From Octopus bimaculoides (lineage: Eukaryota): DNA of 46,375 nucleotides. The stretch covers positions 199,325,593 to 199,371,967 of the forward strand of contig NC_068981.1 in assembly GCF_001194135.2 (NCBI RefSeq), in the 5' to 3' direction. A program made the translations under genes and the position numbers. The notes below the pieces were generated by a model. The model worked only from the letters and a program-made list of their open reading frames with translations. It was not told the origin of the DNA and searched no databases. This document shows, one piece after another, positions 1 to 10,205 of the stretch (its first letter is position 1; the number at the start of each line of letters is the position of its first letter).

Positions 1-412
1 TTGATCAATAATTGATCTTTACAGCCGTATGAGCCCTTGCAGCATCCCTTCTGCTCTTCTGGAAACAGGTTGTTATTTTCCAGGTGTTTACTCACTCTCT
101 GCGATATTATTGCAGTAAAGGCTTTGTAGATCGTAGGGAGACAGGTTATAGGTCTATAGTTTTGTGGTTTCTCCGTTTCCGTGGATTTGGGGATTAAGAT
201 GGTTTTCCCTTTTGTGAGCCATTCAGGCATTGTTTCTGGATCTGCTATTATGTTGTTAAAGTTTTCTGCCAGCTTTTTATGCATTGCTGGCAGGTGTTTT
301 AACCAGAAATTGGGGATCTTGTCGTGTCCAGGTGCTTTCCAGTTGCTTAGTCTTTGCAGTGTCTGGGTGACCTCTTCAGTTGTTATAGGGGCCCAGTTGT
401 TATAGGAGTATC
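1..412 (-). mobile_element. R4/Dong-type (RLE clade) LINE, N-terminal part of RT, runs off the left edge
   Basis: Minus strand reads open for about 135 codons: ITTEEVTQTLQRLSNWKAPGHDKIPNFWLK...PEWLTKGKTILIPK...PQNYRPITCLPTIYK...EQKGCCKGSYGCKDQLLI. These are typical R4/Dong RT motifs. The ORF track misses it because there is no Met. Confidence 0.9.
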
Positions 413-431
413 TAAGACACACTTAAATTCC

Positions 432-480
432 AATCCCACTGCTAATTGGGTCACTTAGGTAACAGAAGCTGCCAGCTACT
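432..480 (-). mobile_element. Short RTE LINE RT fragment
   Basis: Translates VAGSFCYLSDPISSG, homologous to VVNSFCYLGDQISKGG in the RTE copy near 19000 and to the copies near 23600 and 32170. Confidence 0.55.
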
Positions 481-494
481 AAGAAAGCCCCATC

Positions 495-525
<31 letters not shown>

Positions 526-2001
526 CTCCATGGTTATTAGAGAATATTTTTCCTACATGATCCCAGTCTTTATTCCTCCTCTCCATCCCCCACCCAAGTC
601 TAGCTTCTGTCATCACCGAGCCATGATCACACACACACAGCTCCTGCATATACAGAGTTTACACTGAGCACAGCTTATACAGTGGGCCCAGGGGGAAACC
701 ATTTCCTTCTCTGTATGCCATGTGTTGCCATTTCCCTGATACTAAGAATTTACTAAAACTTTACTCTTTGCTAACCTCAGCACTTGACTCTATCCCTGAC
801 TCACCTGGATTTTTATTGACCAGATTTTAACAAAACCTCCAATGGAACACCTGCTTTCTCTACCTTCAAATACTCCTCTATCTACCATCAATGACTGTTC
901 TGTTGAGTCTTTCTGGGGTCACTTCTCCCCTTCCAACTTTCTGCTGCCCCCCTCTCATTCTCATTGTACAGAAACCTCTTGTGGTTGCATTTCCATTCCT
1001 CTTTCATTCTGGTGTCACTGAGATCAAATGCTCCATTGTCCTACTGTACTCCGCCCCCCTCCCCCCAATTAATCTCTACCAAACTGCTTAGCAATCTGAA
1101 ACACTTCATGCCTTTGTCCTCATGCTTCACAACATGCACAGACCTTGCTTTCTGCCTCTCCTCACACACATGCATACATACATATACACATACACACACA
1201 CCTACCTTATATATACACACGTGTGTGTGGTTGTGTACACACACTGATATATACATAGATAAATAAATAATGCCAACCTATTTCTTTCATAGATTATACA
1301 TGCAGGTAGACATTTCTACACCAATCTATGTATTTGTCTACATATCTGCATGCATGTGTGTGTGTGTGGTATATATATGTATGTATGTATGTATGAATGA
1401 ATGGGTGCACACACACACACACACATTTATCATTAAACCACTGCAGGTTATCACTTAGTATGATTTCTGAAGAAACAGGGAGGGAAAAAAAAAGATGACT
1501 ACCATAAATAAAATTAGAAAAAAATCAAAGAAGCAAAAGGAACAAAAAAAAAAAGAACAAATTGAAGAATTGAAGAAAATGTTGCAGTGTTTCTGTCAAT
1601 ATGGCAATTGTAGAAGAGAAGTGAATAAGTATTGATGTTGTTGTTGTTGTATGAGAAGCAGGTTAAGTACATTGAACAGCATCACATTTTGCTGGCTCCA
1701 CTCTTCTTCTCTCTTCTTTTTTTTTACTTATCCAACCGATTCTTACTTCAAAGGAACCCTTTATTTCTCTGACTTGACATATTTATGATATCTCCTTCGT
1801 TCTCTCCCTCTTTCTTTCTTTCTTTTTTTGTTTCTCTTTATCTCCCTCTCTCTCTCTCTCCTTCTCCCTTTCTCATCTTCTGCAAGAGCAGAGAAAAAAA
1901 AAGTCACCACTCACCTATTTAGAAAGAAGAAATGAAAAATACCTTCCTTCCTACCTACTAACCTACCTACCTGCATATCTACTTACATACATACATACAT
2001 A

Positions 2002-2178
2002 CATCATCATCATCATCATTGTTTAACGCCTGTTGTCCATGCTGGCATGGATTGGACAGTTTGACCAGGGTTGCTAAGCTGGAAGGTTGCATCAGACTCC
2101 AGTCTGATTTGGCATGGCTTTCTACAGCTGGATGCCCTTCCTAATGCCAACCACTCTGAGAGTATAATGAGCACTTAT
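2002..2178 (-). mobile_element. RTE LINE 3' tail copy or tail-sharing SINE
   Basis: (CAT)n followed by gtttaacgcc...catgctggcatgg...tttctacagctggatgcccttcctaatgccaaccact. This is the same terminus as the longer RTE copies at 17505, 21833 and 30514. Confidence 0.8.
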
Positions 2179-2188
2179 ACATACATGC

Positions 2189-2221
<33 letters not shown>

Positions 2222-2591
2222 CACACATGTAGGCACATATATTTGTATGTATAATATGTCATATCGATATATGTATATATATATATATATCATCATCATC
2301 ATCATCATCATATATATATATATATATATATATANNNNNNNNNNNNNNNNNNNNNNNNNNNNNNNNNNNNNNNNNNNNNNNNNNNNNNNNNNNNNNNNNN
2401 NNNNNNNNNNNNNNNNNNNNNNNNNNNNNNNNNNNNNNNNNNNNNNNNNNNNNNNNNNNNNNNNNNNNNNNNNNNNNTATATATATGTCTGTGTGTGTGT
2501 GTGTAGAAGGTTGAAAAGGAACACATGAGTTGATATGCATAAGGAAAATAAGACAAAGTAGAAAATGCTAAAATAATTTTACCAAGAAGAA

Positions 2592-2638
2592 CATTTTAGT
2601 ACCGATTTCAGTCTTTGCAACTTTTTCAACTTAGAATG
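2592..2638 (-). ncRNA. Candidate variant hammerhead ribozyme (UUGAAAA core, U3-A8)
   Basis: Minus strand reads CATTCTAAG TTGAAAA AGTT-GCAAA-GACT GAAA TCGGTA CTAAAATG. Helix II is 4 bp, helix III is near-palindromic, the triplet is GUA, and helix I is imperfect. Confidence 0.4.
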
Positions 2639-2999
2639 AAGCATGAAAAACAATTAAATTGTGGGAAAATTAAATGAAATGTTTTTTCAAATATTTCCAT
2701 AGTTTTCAAATCCCAGGGTCATTTTCCTTTTTTCTGTCTGTCACTCTCTTTTTTTTACTCTTGTGAAGGCTTGGTAGCAGGTAGTAGGTAGTAGCTGTCC
2801 TAAAAGAATATTTGATATCAAAGCATGTTCAATGTGGTTGAATATTCTACAGACACATATAGCCTTAGCATAAAGCTTAGGTAGAAATAGTAAGACAATA
2901 CAACAAACTTGGACATTTAAATTACTGCCAGAATGTACTAAGAATGAATAGATAAGTTATTGCTTAGTTTTGTAGTTTTTGTGTGCGTGGTATGAAGAA

Positions 3000-5900
3000 A
3001 CATTCCATTAGGAAGGGTTCTTGAAGTATGACCAGTAAAAAATTCTTGCAGTTCCAAGCAATGCTGATTTTTGTTTGTGTTCACCCTTCACACTTGCACC
3101 AATCTTTTCCAGTCATGTTGGTAGTTGAATGCTGATACTTCCAAATGCACCAATTGCTATTGGTATCTCGTCTACTCTCTTCATTGACCACAACCTTCAT
3201 GTTCCCCTCTTCAGATCTTTATAGTTTTTTATTTTCTTTTTCTTCTTTCACATTGATCCTGTTGTCACCGGGTCATGCTATGTCGATTATCATGAATGTT
3301 CTTTCTTTTGTATTCACCACAACAATGTCCGGCTTCTGATGTCTGGTCAGGTGATCACACTGGATCATTGCACCCCACAGGATTTTGCAGCTCTTATTTT
3401 TGGTAACTCTTTCTGGAGTTTGTTCGTACCACATCTTTACTCTTTTTAGGCCGTGATTTCCAAAGAGCTCCCAGTGGATCATTCTTGCCACATTGTTGTG
3501 GCGTCTTTTGTATTCATGTTGTGCCAATTTTGGGCATTTGCTAACGATGTGCCATACCGTTTCACCCCTGTCACCAGCCATTCTACATTTGTTGCTTATT
3601 CGGCACTTCACATAGTTGGTCCTTAATGCTTGCTCTTGAGCTGTGCATATAAGTACTTCTGTCTGTATCTTCATGTTACTCCTCATCCATAGCCACCAGT
3701 CTTCTATATCTGTCTTGGCATTTATATTTCTTGCAAACTGTCCATACATCTTTTTTACTTCCTTGCTGTTTTCTTTTTTTTTTTTTTTNNNNNNNNNNTT
3801 TTTTTTTTTTTTTTTTGTGTGTGTGTTCTTTTCCTCTTTAAATTTTTCTTTCATTACACAATTCTCCTTTTTGATGACGCCTGCCTTTTTCAGATGCTTC
3901 AACAGTAGCTCCATGGCATTTTTTACACACCCCATTAAGCTGTTTCCCTCTGTTTCGATACAATCCAGTCAGCTGATCAAACTTCTCCCACCCTTTCTTC
4001 TGAACAAGTACAGACTTTTGATGTCACTCTTAGAGTGGAAGGCTCCATGTACTGTCAACATTTTTCTTGTCTTTGTTTCCATTTTCATCAATTCTTTCTT
4101 TTACCATTTTATAATTCCTGCTCCATATCAAAGTGATGCTATCGCCCATGTATTAACTGCTTGAATTTTATTCCATCCAGTCAATTTTGAGCACAACACC
4201 AACCTTAGTCTTCGGAAATATTCCATCCTCAGTTGCTCTTTCATTTCCTTCTCCATTATCTTGTTGAACTCTGGTACACCAAGGTATATGTATCCTTCCA
4301 TTTCAATTTACTTAATCAGTTCTCTATTTGGTAATTCTATCCCTACTAGGGACTGTACCTTGCCTCTTAGGTAGACTATTCCAAACTTCTTGAGTCCAAA
4401 TTCCATTCTAATATCAGTATAAAAACAATGGACTATATTCACCAATGAACTCACTTGTGTCTCCTCTTTGCCACACAGTTTCAAATCATCCACAAAGATG
4501 AAGTGGCTGATTGTTTGGGATTTTCCCTTTAGCTGATATCCCAGGTTCATTTTCTTAAATACCAAGGTCAGAGGGATCATGTAAGGAACAAAAAGCAACA
4601 GAGGTAAGCTATCACCCTGGAAAATCCCTCTTCTGATACCCAGGGTGCCCAAGCCTTTTCTGTAGGATGTTAACTTTTCTGTAGGAACGTCAACATTCCT
4701 CACAATTCCAAACAGATCCAAATACTCAATGATCCACAAATGTGGAATCATATAAGCTTTGTGATAGTCAATCCAAGCCATTCCCAAATTTGTTCTCCTT
4801 CTTTTACAATCTTGCATTACCATTTTATCTATCAATAGTTGACCTTTCGTATCTCTGCATCTCCTTCTGCAGCCTTTTTTTGTTCCATCCGTAATATATC
4901 GTTCTCATCAAGAAATTTGTACAGTTCTTCTGCAATTCCTCCTCACAGTTAAATTCCATGTTAATGAGAAGCAAGAAATTGGCCTGTAATTTGTCAGCAG
5001 CATTTCCTTTTGATGCATCCTTTTGATGCACATCAACCATTCTTCCTTTTGTCAACCAGCCTGGTATTTCTTCTCCATCATTCAATGCTCTGCAATCAAT
5101 TTATGGCAACTACTCAATTTTTTTTATCCAAAATCCCTGTACCCCATCAGTTACTTATCTTTTTTCTGATACTGTCTTCTGTGAAGTGGTTAGCCTCTTG
5201 CTGAGGATAAGAAGCTATTTGTTTCAGGCCCCAGAGTCATTCAGCTGCAGTATTATGTTGTTCTTGCTTACTCCATATCTTATCCCAGAACTGTCGGCTT
5301 TCTTCAGCATCAGGGACTAATCTTTCACGTTCTTTATCATCATTAATCTCTTGATGAAATCTTTTTGGGTCGGTTCTAAACAACTTGTTTTGCCAGTATT
5401 GCTTAATCTGTTTCTCATACTTAGCTTTGCTTTTTTTTGGCAAGTATGCGCTGCTTCGGTTCTTCACTTACAACATTCAGGCCTTTTGTATCTACGCCAT
5501 ACTTCTTCCTAACTTTTTCGAATTTCCATTCATTCTTAAGTTCTCCATTTCTTTTCCTGACAAGTATTGACACTGTTCAAGGAGTTTATATCTTCAGAAA
5601 TTCTCCTTTTCCACCACAGTTGTTTATTTCCTCTTCTGTCCATCGCTCTTCTCTTCTCATTCCTGTCCTTTCTACCACAATCCTACTTGACGAAATTATT
5701 TCTTTATGTGATGTTCTTTGTTTCAATGTGGCAGAATCGTTAGGATGCCGGGCAAAATGCTTAGCGGTATTTTGTCTGCCATTACATTCTGAGTTCAAAT
5801 TCCGCTGAGGTCGACTTTGCTTTTCATCCTTTCGGGGTTGATTAAATAAGTACCAGTTATGCACTGGGTCGATATAACCAACTTAATCCCTTTGTCTGTC

Positions 5901-6895
5901 CCCTCTATGTTTAGCCCCTTGTGGGCAATAAAGAAATAAAAATGTGTCTGAATACATTAACTTTATTAATCTCTTGATTTAGTCTCCATTAATTAGCCTT
6001 CTTAAAGGCAGACATAAATTCTGTCCCTTCTGTATTAGAAAGATCCAAAATCCTGTCTTCATTGCTTAGATAGTCACTGATCTCGATTCTCTCACAATTC
6101 TTGGTAGTATGTTCTTGTGAACAGATAATCATCTCTTCCACTTTACCACTTTCATTTCTCATATGCCCAGCATCACCTGATATCCATCAATTCTTTCATA
6201 TTGCTCCTGCTTGGTCACATAATCTCTTTTCAGTAATTTCAAACAGATTCATTGCCTTCCATTCACTGTGCTTTCGTTTTCTGTATCCTCTGACAAGGCT
6301 GCTCCAGTAGTAACACTCCATCACCATCATGTTTACCTGTTTACTCCACTTATGTCTCATAGCACTGGTTGCATTATGACAGGCCCACCCTGCTTCACAG
6401 TGCGACACCTGCCAGGTACAACACCTTCACCATTGGTTCCAGTCCTGTTCAAGCCGTCATCGTTAGTGAACTTTGCTTGGCATTTTCACTCATCAATGAG
6501 GTGTTTTTAGGTGACCACCAGCCAGTATTTTTATCAAGACAACGTCTCTATTAAGGTAGCCCACCAATGTGGCAGGGGCCTTGCTTCCCTGGTTTTGAAC
6601 TTAGAGTGGTCCTTCTCCGAAGCTGCTTGCCATCCAAGGCTAACGAGTACAGCCCAGCTGGAGCACCGGTCATTTGAAGGTGCCAGACACTTGCCTTTAT
6701 TCTCGCTTCTGTTAGTTTGGTGAAGGAGTCGGGCTTGACTGTCAGGGGCTGCCTTCTGCAGGCCATTGCGGAATTTTATAAGTGAAGAGTGCTCAACTCC
6801 CTTCACCACCTCAGCATCGACAGATACAAGCTTCCCCCTATCTCTCAATGTACCGGAATAACCTCAGCCCAATTCCTATTAAATAAGGAAAAGGC
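3000..6895 (-). mobile_element. Near full-length, decayed R4/Dong-type LINE (5' UTR, N-terminal domain, RT, CCHC, RLE endonuclease)
   Basis: N-terminal domain RHKWSKQVNMMVMECYY...RGYRKR...TEKRLCDQ (6196-6408). RT motifs [18 protein letters not shown] and FVDDLKL (4308-4835). Zinc knuckle CRM...ETVWHIVSKC and RLE motif KPDIVVV...IIDIA (3273-3935). C-terminus QKSALLGTARI near 3040. Many stops and frameshifts. Confidence 0.9.
5731..5940 (+). mobile_element. tRNA-derived SINE inserted in the Dong LINE, with 6-bp TSD
   Basis: A-box remnant gcagaatcgttag, B box GAGTTCAAATTCC and A-rich tail. AATGTG is duplicated at 5725-5730 and 5941-5946. Homologous to 21057-21281. Confidence 0.85.
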
Positions 6896-7084
6896 TTATT
6901 AAAGACTAGATGAATGCAAACCACACCATATTGAATTCAGGATGAACAAGAGAGAGAGAAAGACAAGGTAAGCAGAGGGGGGGGGGGAGAAGAAAGAAAG
7001 AAAGATGATCCGTGAGCAAGTGAGTGGGCAAAACAAGGAAGAAAGTGGGGACAACCGAATTGTAACCAAGATAGCAAAGCAAGA

Positions 7085-7308
7085 GGAATCTATCTAGAAA
7101 AAGCATCCCATTGTATTTAAGATATAGGAAGCGATCTATGAAGGAAACATCACATCGTAGCTAAGATACAGAAATCTATAATCATCTCAAAGTGTTAGCA
7201 GTCATAGAAATCGATATTTCAGAGTTTGATGTAATGGGGTTTAGACATTTTTGGCCATTAATTAGCCATCCTAGTGTTGTGACTGTTTGCAGCAGAACAG
7301 CAGATCGA

Positions 7309-7367
<59 letters not shown>

Positions 7368-7405
7368 NNNNNNNNNNNNNNNNNNNNNNNNNNNNNNNNN
7401 NNNNN

Positions 7406-7466
<61 letters not shown>

Positions 7467-7675
7467 AAGGGGAAGAAAGAAAGACTCATCGATATTTCCA
7501 TGTGGGGACTAATTTATATATTGAAATCTATGTTGGACAGAGCATGGCTAGGATATAGAAATCTATGAACATCTCAAAGTTTTAGCAAGTCTATACGATC
7601 TAACTATAAAGCAATCGCATCATATTTAAGATACAGGAAACTATCTATGAATGAAACATCACATCGTAGCTAAGA
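7085..7675. repeat. Two degenerate copies of an approximately 125-bp unit flanking a (GA)n tract
   Basis: tttaagatayagg...tctatgaa.gaaacatcacatcgtagctaagat occurs near 7115-7167 and 7625-7675. gaaatctat...catctcaaagt.ttagca occurs near 7171-7200 and 7558-7588. (GA)n spans about 7312-7461. Confidence 0.55.
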
Positions 7676-7818
7676 TTATTATTATTATGATTCAGTAGTC
7701 TTATTTTTATCATATACTTTTATTGCACTACTGAGTGCAACTCTGTGTGCCTTGGGTATGTGCTGTGGTTTGTTGTGGTGCTCTTATTTTCACTGTTTTA
7801 CATAGGATGTGTGCAGTG
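7675..7818 (-). mobile_element. 3'-terminal fragment of a Dong-type LINE with (AAT)n tail
   Basis: Close match to 44423-44580 (tcagtagt.ttatttt...gtatgtgctgtggtttg.tgtg.tgctctta...taggatgtgtgcagtg). (ATT)n lies on both sides. Confidence 0.8.
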
Positions 7819-7840
7819 TATTATTGTTATTATTATTATT

Positions 7841-8194
7841 GAGTGAGAGAGCAGGGCATGCCATCAAAGTGACACCGGGGTAAAATATACAAAGCCCAAT
7901 ATACCCATCATGACTACCTGTCTGATAAGGGTACACCAGGCACATGCATCACAACCATATGTGCACGACATGGTGATCTCATATCAAGATAAACAGTGCA
8001 TGACCTCGCAGGTGGGGCCCAGTTAGAATCTTCTTCAGGTCGAGTAGCCCATCCCGCTCAAAAGGTCCCTGAATAAGGTTTGTTAAGGATGTTGAGCAAA
8101 ACCCCCATGTTTCCAAAGGTGAATTATTCAAACCCCAAAGAACTCCTCTCAACACATGGCTATGATGCTTCCCCACTACTTCTGTTCGTGATCA
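7841..8194 (-). mobile_element. Non-coding dispersed repeat, partial (cut by gap), same family as 24110-24668
   Basis: Colinear with 24110-24470 (gagtgagagag...catgccatc.aagtgacac...cttctcaacacatggctatgatgct). It abuts (ATT)n. Strand inferred from the presumed (AAT)n tail. Confidence 0.75.
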
Positions 8195-9599
8195 NNNNNN
8201 NNNNNNNNNNNNNNNNNNNNNNNNNNNNNNNNNNNNNNNNNNNNNNNNNNNNNNNNNNNNNNNNNNNNNNNNNNNNNNNNNNNNNNNNNNNNNNNNNNNN
8301 NNNNNNNNNNNNNNNNNNNNNNNNNNNNNNNNNNNNNNNNNNNNNNNNNNNNNNNNNNNNNNNNNNNNNNNNNNNNNNNNNNNNNNNNNNNNNNNNNNNN
8401 NNNNNNNNNNNNNNNNNNNNNNNNNNNNNNNNNNNNNNNNNNNNNNNNNNNNNNNNNNNNNNNNNNNNNNNNNNNNNNNNNNNNNNNNNNNNNNNNNNNN
8501 NNNNNNNNNNNNNNNNNNNNNNNNNNNNNNNNNNNNNNNNNNNNNNNNNNNNNNNNNNNNNNNNNNNNNNNNNNNNNNNNNNNNNNNNNNNNNNNNNNNN
8601 NNNNNNNNNNNNNNNNNNNNNNNNNNNNNNNNNNNNNNNNNNNNNNNNNNNNNNNNNNNNNNNNNNNNNNNNNNNNNNNNNNNNNNNNNNNNNNNNNNNN
8701 NNNNNNNNNNNNNNNNNNNNNNNNNNNNNNNNNNNNNNNNNNNNNNNNNNNNNNNNNNNNNNNNNNNNNNNNNNNNNNNNNNNNNNNNNNNTATGTATGT
8801 ATATATGTATCGATATGTGTGTGTGTATGCATGTATAAATGTATGTGTGTGTACATTTGTCTATATATATGCAATTATGTATATTTGAATATAAGTCTAT
8901 AATCAATGGTGTTAGTAATAAATTATTTCCCTTGAGGTGACTCTTTAGTAAATGAAAGAAGCATCCTTATTGTTTTTGTTTGTGTTTTTGCTACCATGAA
9001 AATTTCTTTTTGTAATTAGATTGTGACAGATTAAAGGAATGTTGCGTGTGGGTGGAGCAGCAGGGGATGGGTGGGGAGGAGACATCGTTCCTATAGAACA
9101 TTCTGGCAAATATAGGACAACATAATATGCACACAACCATCACCACCATTACCACCACCACCACCATCACCGCCATTACCACCGTCACCACCACCGCCAC
9201 CACCAACAATAACAACAACAATGTTGCTGTTGGTGGTGGTGGTGGTAAGTGTTTTCATCCACACATACATACTCACACATACATACTCTCTCTCTCACAC
9301 ACACGCACACACGCACACACACACACACACTGAGGATGTCTGAGCTATATTTGATCATGTTTATGTTTCCTTTCTTTTTTCAAGAACAACTTGATTTATT
9401 GGTGAACAATCAATGGCACTGGAGAGCAGAAATGTTGAAGTTTTAGTTGCAAAAATGTTGGCTGACATGGAGGACAAGAAGCCATTTGAATATTGGGAAA
9501 GAGTTACTTGTATCATGAGGATTTGTGCCCGATGCCAAAAGGCCAGCATCATGGCTGCTGCTCACTGCTTTGTGAACATTCTAAAGAAGCACACACTCC

Positions 9600-9825
9600 T
9601 TCTCTCAGCTGAGAGTTACTTGGTGACCCGACAGGTGTTAGCATCACATAAAGAGCACCCAGTACACTCTGTAAAGTGGTTGGCATTTGGAAGGGCATCA
9701 GGTGTAGAAACCAGGCCAAAGCAGACACTAGAACCTGGCGCAGCTCTCTGGCTTGTCAGCTCCAGTCAAACTATTTGACCCATACGAACATGGGAAACGG
9801 ATGTTACATGATGATGATGATGATA
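9600..9825 (+). mobile_element. RTE 3' tail copy ending in (GAT)n
   Basis: aaagagcacccagtacactctgtaaagtggttggcatttggaagggcatc...ggatgttacatgatgatgat, the reverse complement of the family terminus. Confidence 0.7.
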
Positions 9826-9854
9826 TATATGTAGTGCTATAATATATACATTCA

Positions 9855-10205
9855 TTATTTACATTATTTACATTTGACGGATATCTTGTTTGTTAACACG
9901 TTTCGGCTGATATACCCTCCAGCCTTCATCAGGTGTCTTGGGAAATTTTGAACCTGGGTTCTCATTCCTAAGGTATTTTTCGATGTTGTTGTTGTTGTTA
10001 TCATTATTATTATTATTATTATTATTCAGGCCACTGCCTGAAATCGAACTCGGAATCTTGGGGTTAGTAGCCCGCTCTTTTAACCACTACACCATATGCC
10101 CACGAGCATCAAAAAATACCTTAGGAATGAGAACCCAGGTTCAAAATTTCCCTATGAATGCTGGAGGGTATATCAGTCGAAACGTTGTGCTAACACAAAC
10201 AAAAA
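9855..10205 (-). mobile_element. tRNA-headed SINE-like element with hammerhead tail (about 10101 to 9855), plus an inverted partial copy (about 10106-10205, +)
   Basis: Minus-strand head GGGCATATGGTGTAGTGGTTAAAAGAGCGGGCTACTAACCCCAAGATTCCGAGTTCGATTTC carries A and B boxes and a CT-ACT-AA anticodon loop. It is followed by (AAT)n, a body and a hammerhead core. 10106-10205 is the reverse complement of about 9885-9985. Confidence 0.8.
9895..9937 (-). ncRNA. Minimal type I hammerhead ribozyme, copy 1 (3-nt deletion at the cleavage site)
   Basis: GACAC CTGATGA A GGCTG-GAGGGTATAT-CAGCC GAAA CG TGTT. Intact core and 5-bp helix II. Confidence 0.65.

Noticed and set aside
6780-6900. HDV-like ribozyme at the 5' end of the Dong element
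   Set aside because: I could not assemble P1, P2 and P3 pairings by eye. An RNArobo or Infernal search on the family consensus would be decisive.
7271-8906. Long ORFs with RERE, SLSL, YIYI, THTH or poly-X (also near 12133-12916, 22899-23472, 25500-26234, 26739-27722, 30786-31226)
   Set aside because: These are translations of microsatellites and N-gaps, not proteins.
10026-10101. tRNA gene (likewise the heads at 5731, 21057, 25625-25735 and 35590)
   Set aside because: The acceptor and T stems are degenerate and each head is fused to a repeat body, so these are SINE heads.
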